Below, one piece after another: positions 40,488 to 54,688 of a stretch of 64,000 nt of DNA. The notes beneath the pieces were generated by a model that did not search any database, had not been told where the DNA came from, and saw only the letters and a list, made by a program, of their open reading frames with translations. Positions within the stretch are counted from its first letter, which is position 1; each line of letters starts with the position of its first letter. Location: NCBI RefSeq assembly GCF_009914755.1, contig NC_060927.1; one strand, 5' to 3'. This DNA is from the human T2T-CHM13v2.0 reference genome, Homo sapiens. A program made the translations under genes and the position numbers.

Positions 40488-42261
40488 AGAATAAATATTA
40501 TTTGCTTTTCCAAGGTGAGAGATAATTAATGCCAAAGAGGGGGGCATTCTTTCATTTAACTCTTAGCACATATGCTTGAAGGGAGGGATGACCAATATAA
40601 GACTGGCAAATTCTAACAAGTTGGGGTTAAAGGTATATCTACTTTTGAATCTGGTTATTTTTTCTGACCTGGAGTAAATTTTAAGAAAAGAGTGTCACAA
40701 ATTTGTAACTCTGTTGCCCTTAGAATCTTTAAAAATGATTACCCATCATGAGTACAATCATTAGAAGTATGTTGAGAAGATTCTGGATCAGAGTTTGTCC
40801 AGGGTGGCATCTCTTTTGTATCTCACAGAGAAGCTAAGACGTGTAACATGAAACTGCACTTGTTATCTGATAACTACTTCTATTTTCTCGCTTATATAAA
40901 ACCTGCTGAATCATATTCCAAATTTACAAGACCTCATTCTTATTCTTCCCATAGAGTTTGGGTGGGGGAAGGGGAAGAGGGAGGAGGAGGCAGGAGTAGA
41001 CATGCTGTTAGGTTCCTGGTCTCATGCTACCTACTTCTCAAAAGGCTCAGAGATCAAACAGTAGTGAAGGATGAGAGACACAAAAGCACCATCAGGTCTC
41101 TCTTTTGCTAAAGGAGTTTAGACTTTCAACATGATGAATTCTCTTTGATAAAAGAATAAAGAGATGTGTTGTCTCTAGAGGAAGCTGCTGGGGTTCCCGT
41201 AATCTTCACAATAGGCAAAGTGCCAGCTATCCATATCTCCTGACTTCTTCTTGTTTTGTCTTTTCTACATGGCTAAAATGAAAGACACAGATGCCCAATT
41301 CTACTCAAATGTTCTCTTTTAAACTACAGAGATAGACTGCTACCTCTCTCCATTTGAAGGATTGAACATTTATGAGACAGAAATCATAAAAAGACAGTTT
41401 CATCAGAAGCAGGTGTATAATGAGGCCATGAGGCATGAATGGGACATGTGACCCTTTAAACATCATAAGAAGTATCTGTACTATAGTTATTCAGCCATTT
41501 GTCCAAAGGGGCAAACTCTACCGTGTTCTTTTTCCTCTCTATATTTCTGTAAAATTTTAATCATATATTCACTCTTTAAATTATATCAGTAGCTTGAAAA
41601 AATTAATCCTAGGTTAGTTAGTATTAGCTTTCCTAGTAAGAAAATAAGTTTTCTTACATGCATCTGTAATTCTGGATTCAGCTGGGAGGTTGCATATGAC
41701 GCTAGTGCTTTACTAGGATATTGCTTGTATCCTGGGGGTTAAACTGTTTTTGGAAACCCAGTTAGTGTCACTGTAAGATTAATTACATCCTAATAATAGA
41801 AATTTAAAATTCAAGTAGTCAGTCTTCACTCAACAAAGATAGCTATTGTTTGGAAAATTTTATCCATTCCTGTTTTCCAGATCTTCCTTCGCCTCTTTTT
41901 GTGCAAAAAAAAAAAAAAAAAAAACACCCTTTTAGATAGAAGCAGAGAAATTCACACATCATATCCAGCCAAGGTCTACAGTAAACTATATTCACACTGT
42001 ACTCCCTTACCCATTAAGTTTCAAAACATTCACAGCATTTGTGAAGTCACAGTTACTAGATTCTTATTTACACCAGAAAACCCCAATTCCTGGTCTTTAT
42101 ACATATTAAAACTTATGATTACATCAGTTTATTGGGTAACACATTAAATTGACTGTGACTCTAAATATGTGAATACATGATGGAAAATTTAGAGTTCAGA
42201 CTCAAATTCTATAGAGTGGCCATAGTGTGGCTATGCATGCTAGTTAAAAATTATCTGCATG

Positions 42262-42915
42262 TGATGCTGGAGAGGATGTGGAGAAATAGGAATGCTTTTA
42301 CACCATTGGTGGGAGTGTAAATTAGTTCAACCATTGTGGAAGACAGTGTGACAATTCCTTAAGGATCTAGAACTAGAAATACCACTTGACCCAGCTATCC
42401 CATTACTGGGTATATACCCAAAGGATTAGAAATCTTGCTACTATAAAGACACATGCATACGTATGTTTATTGCGGCACTATTCACAATAGCAAAGAGTTG
42501 GAACCAACCCAAATGTCCATCAATGATAGACTGGATAAAGAAAATGTGGCACATAAACACCATGGAATACTATGCAGCCATAAAAAAGGATGAGTTCATG
42601 TCCTTTGCAGAGACATGGATAAAGCTGGAAACTATCATTCTCAGCAAAATATCACAAAGACAGAAAACCAAACACCACATGTTCTCACTCATAAATGGGA
42701 GTTGAACAATGAGAACACATGGACATAGGGAGGGAAACATCACACACTGCGGCCTATTGGGGGGTGGGGGCTTGGGGAGAGATAGCATTAGAAGAAATAC
42801 CTAATGTAAATGACAGGTTGATGGGTGGGGCAAACCAACATGGCACATGTATACCTATGTAACAAACCTGAACGTTGTGCACATATACCCTAGAACTTTA
42901 AGTATAATAATAAGA
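42262..42915 (+). mobile_element. 5'-truncated L1PA (L1PA6/7-like) 3' end
   Basis: ORF2 C-terminal peptide MFIAALFTIAKSWNQPKCPS plus 3'UTR. 16-bp TSD aaaaattatctgcatg (42246-42261, 42916-42931) at a TT/AAAA site. Confidence 0.95.
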
Positions 42916-43197
42916 AAAAATTATCTGCATGCTCCTTCCAGTCACTGCACAATATTTGTGCATCTTTTTCTGGATTGCATTCATGTTGATGATTCAGAGT
43001 CATTAAAAATAGACCTGAAAATGTTTTTAGTCTTCTATTCTACTCATGAACAGAGATGTTGGACACACTTCAGTGTCCACCCTGAGCATATCTACCCCTT
43101 TTCTTGTTGGTGACAATTACATGTAATTTAGAATGAAACAATCCCAGGCCTGCATCCCTCGCTTTCTGGTCAGTGATCTTGGATCCATTAGTGTTAG

Positions 43198-43529
<332 letters not shown>

Positions 43530-43534
43530 CACAC

Positions 43535-43670
43535 TTAGATTTTTATATGAGTGAAAATGAGGATAAAAATGTTTACTTTGGAGGATGAGTATATGGATTA
43601 AATGAAAACATATTTAAAAGCCCAGCATAAAGGTTGGCCCACATCAAGTACTCAAAACATGTAAGATAGT
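43535..43670 (+). mobile_element. MIR fragment
   Basis: gtgaaaatgaggataa ... ggattaaatgaaaaca ... agtactcaaaacatgt. Confidence 0.55.
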
Positions 43671-44433
43671 TTTGAATGCAGAAAAGTCACAAAAACCAAA
43701 TGCGTTATCTGAATAAAAGAGGGACAATTTAGAATATTTGAAGCAAGGTCAGGAATGTTTTCTTTCTAAGTTGGTACTTGGTGTGCAGGTATGAACTTTT
43801 CCTTAATCTTCAACTCATCCATAAAGTTAGAAACTCCTCCTTAGATATAAAAAAGAGAAAGGGTTGGGAAGAAAGGGAATAAATGTGCCCCTCCATCCTC
43901 TACTATACTGTCATTTTGATTTAAATATCATCATTTGCATATTTTTTTATCTGAACTGAGAAAGGCCACCTTCTCACACCTAATCACCAGGAAGCAGCAG
44001 GCAGCAGCCTTGGAAGCTTTCATCAATATGCCAATTTTTATTTTAGTTTATAATTTAAAAAGTGAGAGTGAAGTGACAGAGATGGTATCATTTCAAAGTG
44101 TTTTTTTAAACATATTAAAAAGCACTCTTTTTTTTGACACTGAGTAGGAGGAGGAAAAACATGGAAATGAAGTGGAAAAATAAAACAAGAAGTAATCAGG
44201 ATCCAGAGAAAGAAAAGGTGGCAATACCAGCCACCCCCACCTCCTTCTGCATGTACACAAACTATCAGAATGATTAAGGAACATAAGGTTAGAGGAAGCA
44301 AAAATAAAAAAGGGATGGGGCAGAGATTCAGAAATATAGAACAATGTCCCCAGTTTCATTGTTTCAGTTAAAATCATTGTGTAAAATATTTGTTAAAGTT
44401 GAATGCTTATAAAGTTAAACTAGATGTTAGACA

Positions 44434-44633
44434 ATCTGACTCTTGGGGTAAAAGTTTCCAATGTGAAAAATAATAATTTTTATTTAATTTAAAATGCAAC
44501 ACAGAGTTAATATTTATTTGAAAGCAAAGTTTGAAGTAGGTACCTAGAAATTTAATGAGACTGGATAGTAGTGTGATAACATCTGTGAACTCTGTCACTT
44601 GTGAATAACCAGTATAATGGGCACATACAGCCA
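44434..44633 (+). repeat. Left arm of a 200-bp inverted repeat in apparently non-TE sequence
   Basis: Manual alignment to the reverse complement of 45061-45260 gives 186/200 identical with no gaps. Confidence 0.95.
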
Positions 44634-45060
44634 CAATGTCAATTTCCTCTACAGGATCTCCATATGTGTTCAAAGGGACAAGACAGAATTTTATTTTCTC
44701 CCTATTTCCTTTTGTCCTCCCTCTTCACTGCTGGTGAGGAAGGTGTGTCTGTAAGACAGAGTCGAGTCAGGCACTTTTTTGGCATAATAACTCATCAAAG
44801 TAGTGCTATGTGATTTGGCCAACATTAGCAAGAAAAAGATACATTTGTCCTATAGATGCATGGCTCTGAAGATTAGACCTTTCAGAAACATCTACCAAAG
44901 AAGCACAGTAAAGACTTGCCACCCTCTTCCTGAATGATCTCATTCCTCAGGACCTTGGGGTGTACTTTCTTGGATGGAGCCAGCACCTATTGGCAGAACT
45001 GAAGATAAAAACAAATGACTAAGGAAAACATGAAGAAGTGTGAAAAGAGAAGGTGATCCA

Positions 45061-45260
45061 TGGTTATATGTGCCCATTATACTGGCTATTCATAAGTGAC
45101 AGAGTTCACAGATGTTATCACACTACTATCCAATCTCATTAAACTTCTAGGTGCCTACTTCAAACTCTGCTTTTAAATAAATATTAACTCTGTGTTGCAT
45201 TTTAAATTCAATAAAAAGTATTATTATTCACACTGGAAACTTTTACCCCACGAGTCAGAT
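45061..45260 (-). repeat. Right arm of the 200-bp inverted repeat
   Basis: Reverse complement of 44434-44633. This also explains the near-identical peptides in ORFs 44407..44673(-) and 45192..45374(+). Confidence 0.95.
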
Positions 45261-45605
45261 GACCTTTGGCTCAAAGGAAAAAATAAAAGAGAAAGAAAAT
45301 TTTTCAGCATTCTTGCGTCTCTACCAAATCCAACTGCACTCTGCATTCTTATCTGGCTTCATGTCTTACCATGAACTTCCCTTCTTCATGCCTCTACAGC
45401 ATAACCCTTCTGGTCGCCCTTCCTTAATGTACTCTGTACTTAATTAAGTACTCATGTACTTAATCTCTGCCTCCTGTACTTATCCTTTAAATATCAGTGT
45501 TTCTCAAAGCCTTGTCTTGGTTCTTCTGTTTTTCTCACTCTTAGAAACTTCACAGGACAGTGCTTTCTAGGCCCATGGCACCAACTACCAAATACATCAG
45601 GTGAC

Positions 45606-45607
<2 letters not shown>

Positions 45608-45651
<44 letters not shown>
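45608..45651. repeat. (AC)n microsatellite, ~22 units
   Basis: Read directly. Confidence 0.95.
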
Positions 45652-45653
<2 letters not shown>

Positions 45654-46142
45654 CTCAGATGTTTCCTGAGCTCCAGGCATACATATCCAACTGCCTGATT
45701 AAACGCATACACACAGGCAATTCTGAAAATGAAAATGTTTAAAGCTAAAATTCTCTCCCTCAATACATTTATTCCTATTTATCAACATCCCAATAATTGT
45801 TCAAGTCTGATATTTAGTAATCTTTGATTCCACTTACTTCATCACCCCTGAAATCCAACTGGTAACTGAATGTCATGGAATCTAGGTCATAAATCTCTCA
45901 AATCTTTCTACTTCTCTTCATTGTTACTGTCACCACTGTCAGCAAGGCAACTTCATTTTCTCCTAGAGTGCTACAGTACCTTCCCAACTGGTCCCCTTTC
46001 ACTGGTGTTGCTCTCCTCAAATCCATTTTCTACTTTGCAGTCAGAACAGTACTTCAAAATCACACAATTTTGCATGGCATTTGCCCTTATAAGTCTTCAG
46101 CAGTTTTTCACTTTATTTCTAATGTAGTCCAATCTCTTCGGC

Positions 46143-46156
46143 CACACACACACACA

Positions 46157-46189
<33 letters not shown>
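46143..46189. repeat. Interrupted (CA)n microsatellite
   Basis: Read directly. Confidence 0.93.
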
Positions 46190-46599
46190 CTGCCCTGATC
46201 ACTTCTCCAGCCCCATCTCTAGCTTCTCTCTCACTCACAATATATTCAAGCAATAACAAATGCATTTTATGTCTTCAAAAATGCCATGTATTTGCTCTCT
46301 TCTTTGCCTTAATTACTTTTCTTCTTCTAGCAACTGGATATGTGTATAGCACTCAAAACAATGAAGTTTAGAGACAAGACTGGCTTCGCCACTTGTTAAG
46401 GGTTTTGTGACAGAGTTCCATACATGAAGTGGCCCTCATCTGCAGAAGGAACCAAGAAACCAAAGAAGGAGGCAGACAGGTCCAGCTTGTCCTCATATGG
46501 TGATTTTATTTGGGAACTGACAGATAGAAGTGTGGTCCTGAGCAGCCACAAGGGAGGTAGATCTCTGCATCATTACCCTCCAGACACAGAGGGTTGTGT

Positions 46600-46866
46600 A
46601 TGTAATACAGCCAACACACTGAACATCATAGCTTAACCTGGCCTACCTTAAAAGTGCTCAGAACATTTCAATGGGCCTATAGTTGAGCATAATGTAACAC
46701 AAGGCCTATTTTATAATAAAGTGTCGAACATATTATGTAAAGTATTAAATATTGTACTGAAGGTGAAAAATAGAATGTTTGTATGAGTATTTGAATGTAT
46801 ACTGCTTTGGTATGATCATAAAGTTGAAAAATAATAAGTCATGATGATAAGTCTGGGGCTGTCTGT
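46600..46866 (-). mobile_element. MER47A/Tigger5-like DNA transposon fragment
   Basis: gaacatcatagctta.cct.gcctaccttaaa..tgctcagaaca; gcctattttataataaagtgt; ends ...gtctg|ta. Confidence 0.75.
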
Positions 46867-47231
46867 ACATTGTACCATGTTTTCACCTTGATTCATAAAA
46901 AGGTACAATCATAGAGAGAGACAGACAGACAGGAAATCACTTCATTAAATAATAATGTAACAAAATACCTTTTAAAGTCACTGAATTATGTTTTGTTTAT
47001 TGGTAAAAGCAGTATTAATACAAATTACTTGTAAAAGTAACATACCATAGAAACATGGTCAAAGATGGTAGGATGGAGAATGTTAGCTGCTCCCCACAGA
47101 GCCAATGAAAAACTATAAAACAAGAAGTGAAGAAGGAAAACAAATTTCTGTGAAGCAAATAGCCATAATTTCAATCCAAAACTTAGAAATAATGTTCCAT
47201 AAAAGCATATTTGGGAACTGCTATGGTTTGA

Positions 47232-47574
<343 letters not shown>

Positions 47575-48282
47575 ATGTGTTGAACTTAATGGCCAATGTG
47601 ATAGTATTAACAGGTGGGGGCTTTAAGGGGTATTTAATTCATGAGGGGTCATCCCTCCTGGATGGGATTAAGTGCCCTATAAAAGGGTTTGATGAAGGGA
47701 GGTAATTCCTTTTTTCTCTTCCACAGTCTGCTACCTGCAGACATAGCATTCCTTTCCTCTGGGGGATGCAGTGTTGAAGGCGCCATTTGGAAGCAGAAAG
47801 GAGCCCTCACCAGGTAACCAAACCTGATAGCACCTAGACTCTGGAACTATGAGAAAATAAATTACTGTTTTTTAAAAAAAATTACCCAGTCTGTGGTATT
47901 CTGTTATAGCAGCAAAAATGAACTCAGACAGAAATTGATACTAGGGAAGTAGGATGTTGTTATAACAAATACCTGTACGTGTGGAAACAGCTTGGAACCA
48001 GGTAATGGATAGAGGTGGAAATGGTTTTGAAGTGAATACTGAAAAAAGCCTGTATTGCCATGAACAGAACACTAAGGATGATTCAAGTGAGGGCTCAAAA
48101 GAAGAGAAGAGCTGTAGGGAATGCCTCGGTTTTCTTAGGGATTAGTTAGGTGGTCACGACAGTAAAGACTATTCTGATGAGGTCTCAGATGCAAATGAAG
48201 AGCAAGGTATTAGAAATTGGGGGAAAGGCCACCCTTGTTATAAAAGGAAAAATAACTTGACTGAATTATATCTATGTCCGAG

Positions 48283-49068
48283 TGATACGGACAGGAGGCG
48301 GGCAAATACTCGGTAGAAGAGGGCAGTCCCCGGCTACAGCCACATCTTCAAGCCTGGGACCACGGCCCAGAGTGAGAACATACATTCCTGTTTTCCTGCT
48401 TGAATGTTGCTTTTTGACCCACCCCCACCCCCTATACTGTACCCATAAAAATCCCAGGCTCCACTGGCAGAGGCGCGACAGAGTAGCTGAGTGGCAGAGT
48501 GGAACAGCAGAGGAGAGGAGAAGATGCTCCCGGATGTTGGAGAGAAGCCACTTAACTTCAGAGGGACGGCCTGACAGTGAGACCTCGGAGAACTGTCTGG
48601 CCGGAGAGGGCCGAACTCCAGGGGAAGACCACCTTCCTGCTCCATCCCCATTCCAGCTCTCCATCCTGCTGAGAGCCACTTTAATCGGCAACAAAATCCC
48701 CGATATGTACCATCTTCAATTCGTTCGTGTGACCTGATTCTTTCTGGACGCCCAACAAGAGCTCAGGATACAGAGAGCTGTCACACTGAGCTGCTGAACA
48801 CTTCAGCTGTCCACAGAGGGCAAAGCTAAAAGAGCACACTGTAACACACGCCCTCGGGGGCTCCAGGGGCCGCACGTACTCCGTAGACCCTGCCGCAGGG
48901 CCTCACAGAGCTCTGCTCCTGCTGGAGCCCAGACGCACTAGTCTTGGCCCGTGCACCTGCTCACCTGTGTGCTTCCCCTCCCGTGAGGGGTTGAGAGCTG
49001 TAGACTGAGTAAACAAGCAAACCCCTTCACAAGTTCCGCGAAGGGGTCAAGGGAACTATCCCATTTCA
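48283..49068 (+). mobile_element. LTR1-family solo LTR (ERV1, HUERS-P2 type) nested in the MaLR internal region
   Basis: tgatacggacaggaggc...gtagaagagggc ... gggaactatcccatttca; 786 bp, GC/CpG-rich; 4-bp flanks cgag/ctag. Confidence 0.82.
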
Positions 49069-51249
49069 CTAGTACTTTGTGGAAGGAAAAACTTAGGAGT
49101 GAGGAGCTAGGATATCTGTTGGATGAAATCTCCAAGCAGCAAAGCATCCAGTGTGCTGTGTGGCTTAACTACCTGTAGTAAAATGTGAGAAGAATCAAAT
49201 GATATAAAGATGCAATTTATAATGAAAAGAAAAGCAGAATGTAAAAATTTGCAAAATTTTTAGCCTGATCACGTAAAGAATAAAAAAAAAAGCAAGTTCA
49301 GGAGAGAAAACCAAGGGTGTGGCCAAGCAATTGTTTAATAAGAGGGTTAGTCTAGCTAGAAGAAAGCCAGGTGCTGTTCATCAAGACAATGGGAGAATGA
49401 TCCTGAAGGCACTTTGAAGATCTTTGGGCTACCAGGGTGCTAGAGCCTTGAGGGCAGAATGGGTTCAGGGGAGGGTCCCAGGGCACCTGTAAGAACTTGG
49501 GGCTCACTGCCAAGGGTTGCCTCATGTTTCTGCTCCCTATATTCTAGGGCAGCACTACTCAGTCAACCTAGCTGTGGCTCAAGAAGGCTTAGATGCAACT
49601 CAAGCTGCCACTCCGAGGGGCACAAGCAGTCAGCCATGGCTGTATTCACACAGTGTTAACTCTGCAGGTGTACAAAGTGCAAGAGCTGTGGATGCAGGAA
49701 TACCTCCACCTAGATTTTAAAGGATGTCTTGGACAGCCTCATAGCCTAGGTGGGTACTTGCTACAGGGTCAGGGTTGATTTGGAGAGACTCCATTAGGGC
49801 AATGAGGGGTCATCCCTCCTTCATGGAGCCATGGAGCCAGGCTCACTCTCAGAACTGTAGAGCCACCAGTGTGCAGCATCAGCTTGGGAAAGCCACGTGC
49901 ATACGACTCTAACATGAAGAGCTGAAGCATGGGCTACACCCTGCAAAGCCATGGGGCAAGGTCCCCTGGAGCTTTAAGATGAAATGTTTGCCTTGCTGGG
50001 TTTGGACTTATTTGGGACCTCTTGCCCCTTTCCTTTTCTCCCGTAGCTCCTTTTTGGAATGGGAATGTCTATCCTATCCTGTCCTGCCCTTGTATTTTAG
50101 AAGCACGTAACATGTTTTATTTCATAGGCTCACAGCTGGGAGGAAATTTGCTTCAGAATGAATCATACCTTGAGTATCACCCTTATGATGTTTAGTTGAG
50201 TCTTTGGACTTAGACTTCAGATTGATGCTGGAACAAGCTAAGACTTTTGGGGGCTATTGGGATAAAACAAATATATTTTACACGTGAGAAGGACATGAAT
50301 GTTGGGGGCCAGGGGCAGAATGCCATGGTTAGAATGTTTTTGTCCCCTCCAAACTTCATGTATTGAAATTTAATGGCCAATGTGATAGTACTAACAAGTG
50401 GGGCCTTGAAGAGGTGATTAAGTCATGAGGGCTACTACCTCTTATATGGAATTAGGTGCCTTTATAAAAGGACTTGATGGAGGCAGTTTATTCCTTTTAG
50501 TCCTCTTGCCTTCTGCCATGTGAGGACATAGAATTTCTCCCCTCTAAAGAATGCAGCATTCAAGATGTCATCCTGGAAAAAGAGAGCAGCCTTTACCCAT
50601 CAACCAAACCTGCCGGTGCCTTGATCTTGGACCTCCAGGCTTCAGGACTATGAGAAAATAAATTTCTGCTCTTCATAAATTACTAAGTCTGTGGTATTCT
50701 CTTACAGCAACCCAAACAGACTAAGACAAAACCAAATTAAGAAAGATTTACTATAGCTGATCCAGGTTTCTATAGATGCCTCATAGGACACAGACTTCTT
50801 TGAAAGCAGATGACATGACCTGAATATCAAATAGCAGTCTCTCACCTGGAGTCCCTCCCATGTGGGCTGCAAGGCCATCTCATGGTCCTTTCTTTGAGAA
50901 TAAGTAAAGCAAAAAGAAGATACAGACCACTCAGGTAGTTTTTATATGCCATCTCTTCAGGAAGCAAGTTAGATGAATTTCAGGGTGGAAAGTGGGCAGA
51001 GAATGATGAATCAGAAGCAGATAAAAACAGGTGGGTAAATGCTAAACTGCCACACGGAATATCTGTGCATTTGCCAAGTGTAATTGGGAGTTATGTGCAT
51101 CTCCTGCTGATCAAAAAGGTAGAACCTAAATGAATAAAGATGGGCCACATGGCAGAGAATTTGGTAAATTTGATGAGGAAAACATTCTGAGAAAATCTAC
51201 CTGATTTGGAGATTTTGTTTCCTAACTTATAGCTAATTTATGAAATGAT

Positions 51250-52650
51250 AATTATAAAAACATTATGTATCACACCTAAGGACATAAAGAAAGCTGTACT
51301 TGAAAAATTATACAATTAAATTCTCACATCTTTTAAAAAGAAAGAATAAAAATAAATGAATTATTCAACTCAAGAAATTAGAGCAACAAAATACAATTAA
51401 GGGAAACAAAAAGAGTGTATTAATAAAGATAAAAGCCAAAATTAATACATTTGAAACTGAAAAATCCAAAGACTGCTGTTTTGGAGGAAAAACACTGATA
51501 CAGTACTAGATAACTCAGAAGATAAAATGAAAGAAAAATGCAAAACTCAAAATTAGAAATAAAACTGTGGACCTATTCACAGATATATGACACTGACAAA
51601 TGTACAAAAATAACAAGAGATAGTTTTGCTTAAATCTATTGATGCTTCCAAAACTTAGGTGAAATGCAAAACTGACCCAGAATAAAAGCAATAATATAAA
51701 GAAAAAAATGATATGTGGTACCATTAAAAAGAGGATAAAATGGTAATGCACAGACTGGGAAAGGATGTTTGTAACACATTTACAAAGGGCTCAGAAATCA
51801 TAATCAAAATTTATAAGGAACTCCTAAAATTAGTACAAAAAAAGACAATCCAATAGAACATTTGACCAAAAGATTTAGTAGAACTTCACATAAAAGGCTA
51901 TCCAAATAGCCAGTACATATGTGAAGGGGTGTTCAATTCATTAATCATGTCAGAATTGCAAATAAAAACCATATTACACAGCAATATACTCAACAGAATG
52001 ACTACAATTAAAAAGATAAAAATTACCAAAGGTTGATAAAGAACTGGAGCAGTTAAAGTCCTCATACACTGCTGGTAGGAATATAAATTTATATGCCACT
52101 TGGAACTGTTTTGCAGCATCCGCTATACCTGAATAAACACACACTTTGACTTGGCAATTCTACTTCCAAGTATTTACTTAACAGAAATACATTCACAGTT
52201 TAAAGAAAAACATACTGGAGTATAAAAAACAAAACTATTCATAACAGCCTGTAAATGGAAACTATCCGAAATGTTTATCAACAGAAGAATGGATAAATGT
52301 AATGTGGTATTTTCCCAATTCATGGACTACTATACAGCAATAAGAATAAATAAATACCCCAATATCAATTAATCTCTTAACTATAGTGCTGAGAGAAAGA
52401 ACTTAGATGCAGAGTATGAATGTGATGTATATTTCCATTTGTATGAAGTTAAAAAAAAAAACAGGCAAAACTAACGATGGTAATAGATGTAAGAACAGGG
52501 GTTACCCTTAGTAATGGAGTAGCAAATGGTAAGGCAACAGAGGGTTTCGGAAGTACTGGGAAAATTCTGTTTACTCATCTGTATACTGGTTACAAATTTA
52601 TGTTCAATGAAAATTTATTGAGTGATACCTTAATTAAAAAAAAAATTGAC
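51250..52650 (+). mobile_element. Old L1 (L1ME-like) fragments
   Basis: caactcaagaaattagag; gcaaataaaaaccat; gaatggataaat...gtggtat. Confidence 0.7.
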
Positions 52651-54135
52651 CCCAGAAGAGCTGGAGAACCCAGTAAGCTGTTTTGTATAGGGAAAAAAAA
52701 GGAGAAAAAAAGGAAAACTTTGTTTAAAAAAATAAATATATATATATATTCACTTCCTTTCTTGCACACCATCCCTAACTCCAGCCCAAAACAACAGCAA
52801 AAACCATTTTCATCATTGCCACTTAGGAAAAATGTCTCTGATGCTATTTAATTGCTTTTGAACACAGAGAAAAGAGCTTTCAATTTATCTTTATAAGGCC
52901 AGCAAAACATTGATAATAAAACTTGTCAAACTAGTGTCAAAAAAGATAGAAACCATAAGTAAATTTTATGGATACAAATGCAAAATTACTAAATAAAATA
53001 TTACCCAATAACATGCAGCAGAACATGAACTAGGTTTCATAGCAGGATTGCAAGGTCGGTCCACATGAATACATCTATTAATACAATTTACCATAGTAAG
53101 AGGGAAAGTGTAAGAACATATTTTAAATGTTAAACATATATTAAAAATTATGCTCGACTTTCTCATTAGGTAAAATATCTAACTAAAATATGTAGATTAT
53201 TTTATGTTGTGAGTTGGGATCATGTGTGCTTCCCGGCAATCTATTTTTTTTTAATTCAGGTAAAATTCACATAACTTAGATTTCACCATTTTTCCATTCT
53301 TTCCAAATTTATTGAGGCACAACTGACAAAGTTTTACATATTTAAGGTGTATATCATGATGAGTTTTAAAATATACAGTTCAGTTACATTTGTACTTTCA
53401 AAATATACAGCCATTGCCTCTCTCTAGTTCCAAAATATTCTTATACCCCAAAAGAAAACACATACCCATTAACCAGTCACTCCGCATTTTTCCCTCCTGA
53501 TCTCTGGCCACACTAATCTGTTTTCTGTCTCTATGGAGTTGCCCATCTAGGATTTTTGTATTTAAATGGAATCATATAATATGTGACCTTTTCTGTCTAA
53601 CTTCTTTCACTTAGCACAATATTTTTGAGGTCATTCCTGTTGTAGTAGGTGTCAGTACTTCATTTCTTTTGATGACTGAATAATTTCATTGTATGCAGAT
53701 ACAACATTTTATTTATCAATAGATAGACATCTGTGGTCTATCTCAACTTTTGGCCTCAAAAGCCAAAAGTTTCTACCTTTTGGCTATTATAAGTGGTGTT
53801 GCTATGTACATTATGTATAAGTTTTTTTTTATTAAGATCTATTTTAGCCTGATAAGGCTGCCATAACAAAAATACCACACATTTGGTGACTTAAACAACA
53901 GAAATTTATTTTATCACGGTTCTGGAAGCTGGAAGTTCCAGATCAATGTGCCTGTAGGGCTGGTTCCTCCTGAGGTCTCTCTCCTTTTTTTTATAGACTG
54001 CCACCTTCTTGTTATGTCTTCAAATGGCGTCTGCTCTATGGCCATGCATCCCTGGTATGTCTCTCCTCTTATAAGGACATCAGTCATATTGCATTAGCAC
54101 ACACCCTTCTGATCTCATTTATCCTTAATTACATC

Positions 54136-54688
<553 letters not shown>

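Larger units (their letters stand above)
45400..46340 (+). mobile_element. L2 (degraded) carrying two (CA)n tracts
   Basis: cctgagctccag...catatccaactgcct; ctttgcagtcaga. Confidence 0.6.

Noticed and set aside
42463-42705. 80-aa ORF with recognisable protein sequence
   Set aside because: It is the L1 ORF2 C-terminus of a 5'-truncated L1PA, not a gene.
44407-45374. Two ORFs sharing the peptide LHFKxNKxYYxSHWKLLPxESD
   Set aside because: This is a by-product of the DNA inverted repeat; no evidence of coding function.
46405-46595. Possible ERVL-class LTR fragment
   Set aside because: LTR-like, but I cannot assign the family or boundaries reliably.
48272-48737. Overlapping 140/151/105-aa ORFs
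   Set aside because: They lie in a GC-rich LTR1, where stops are rare; no recognisable protein.
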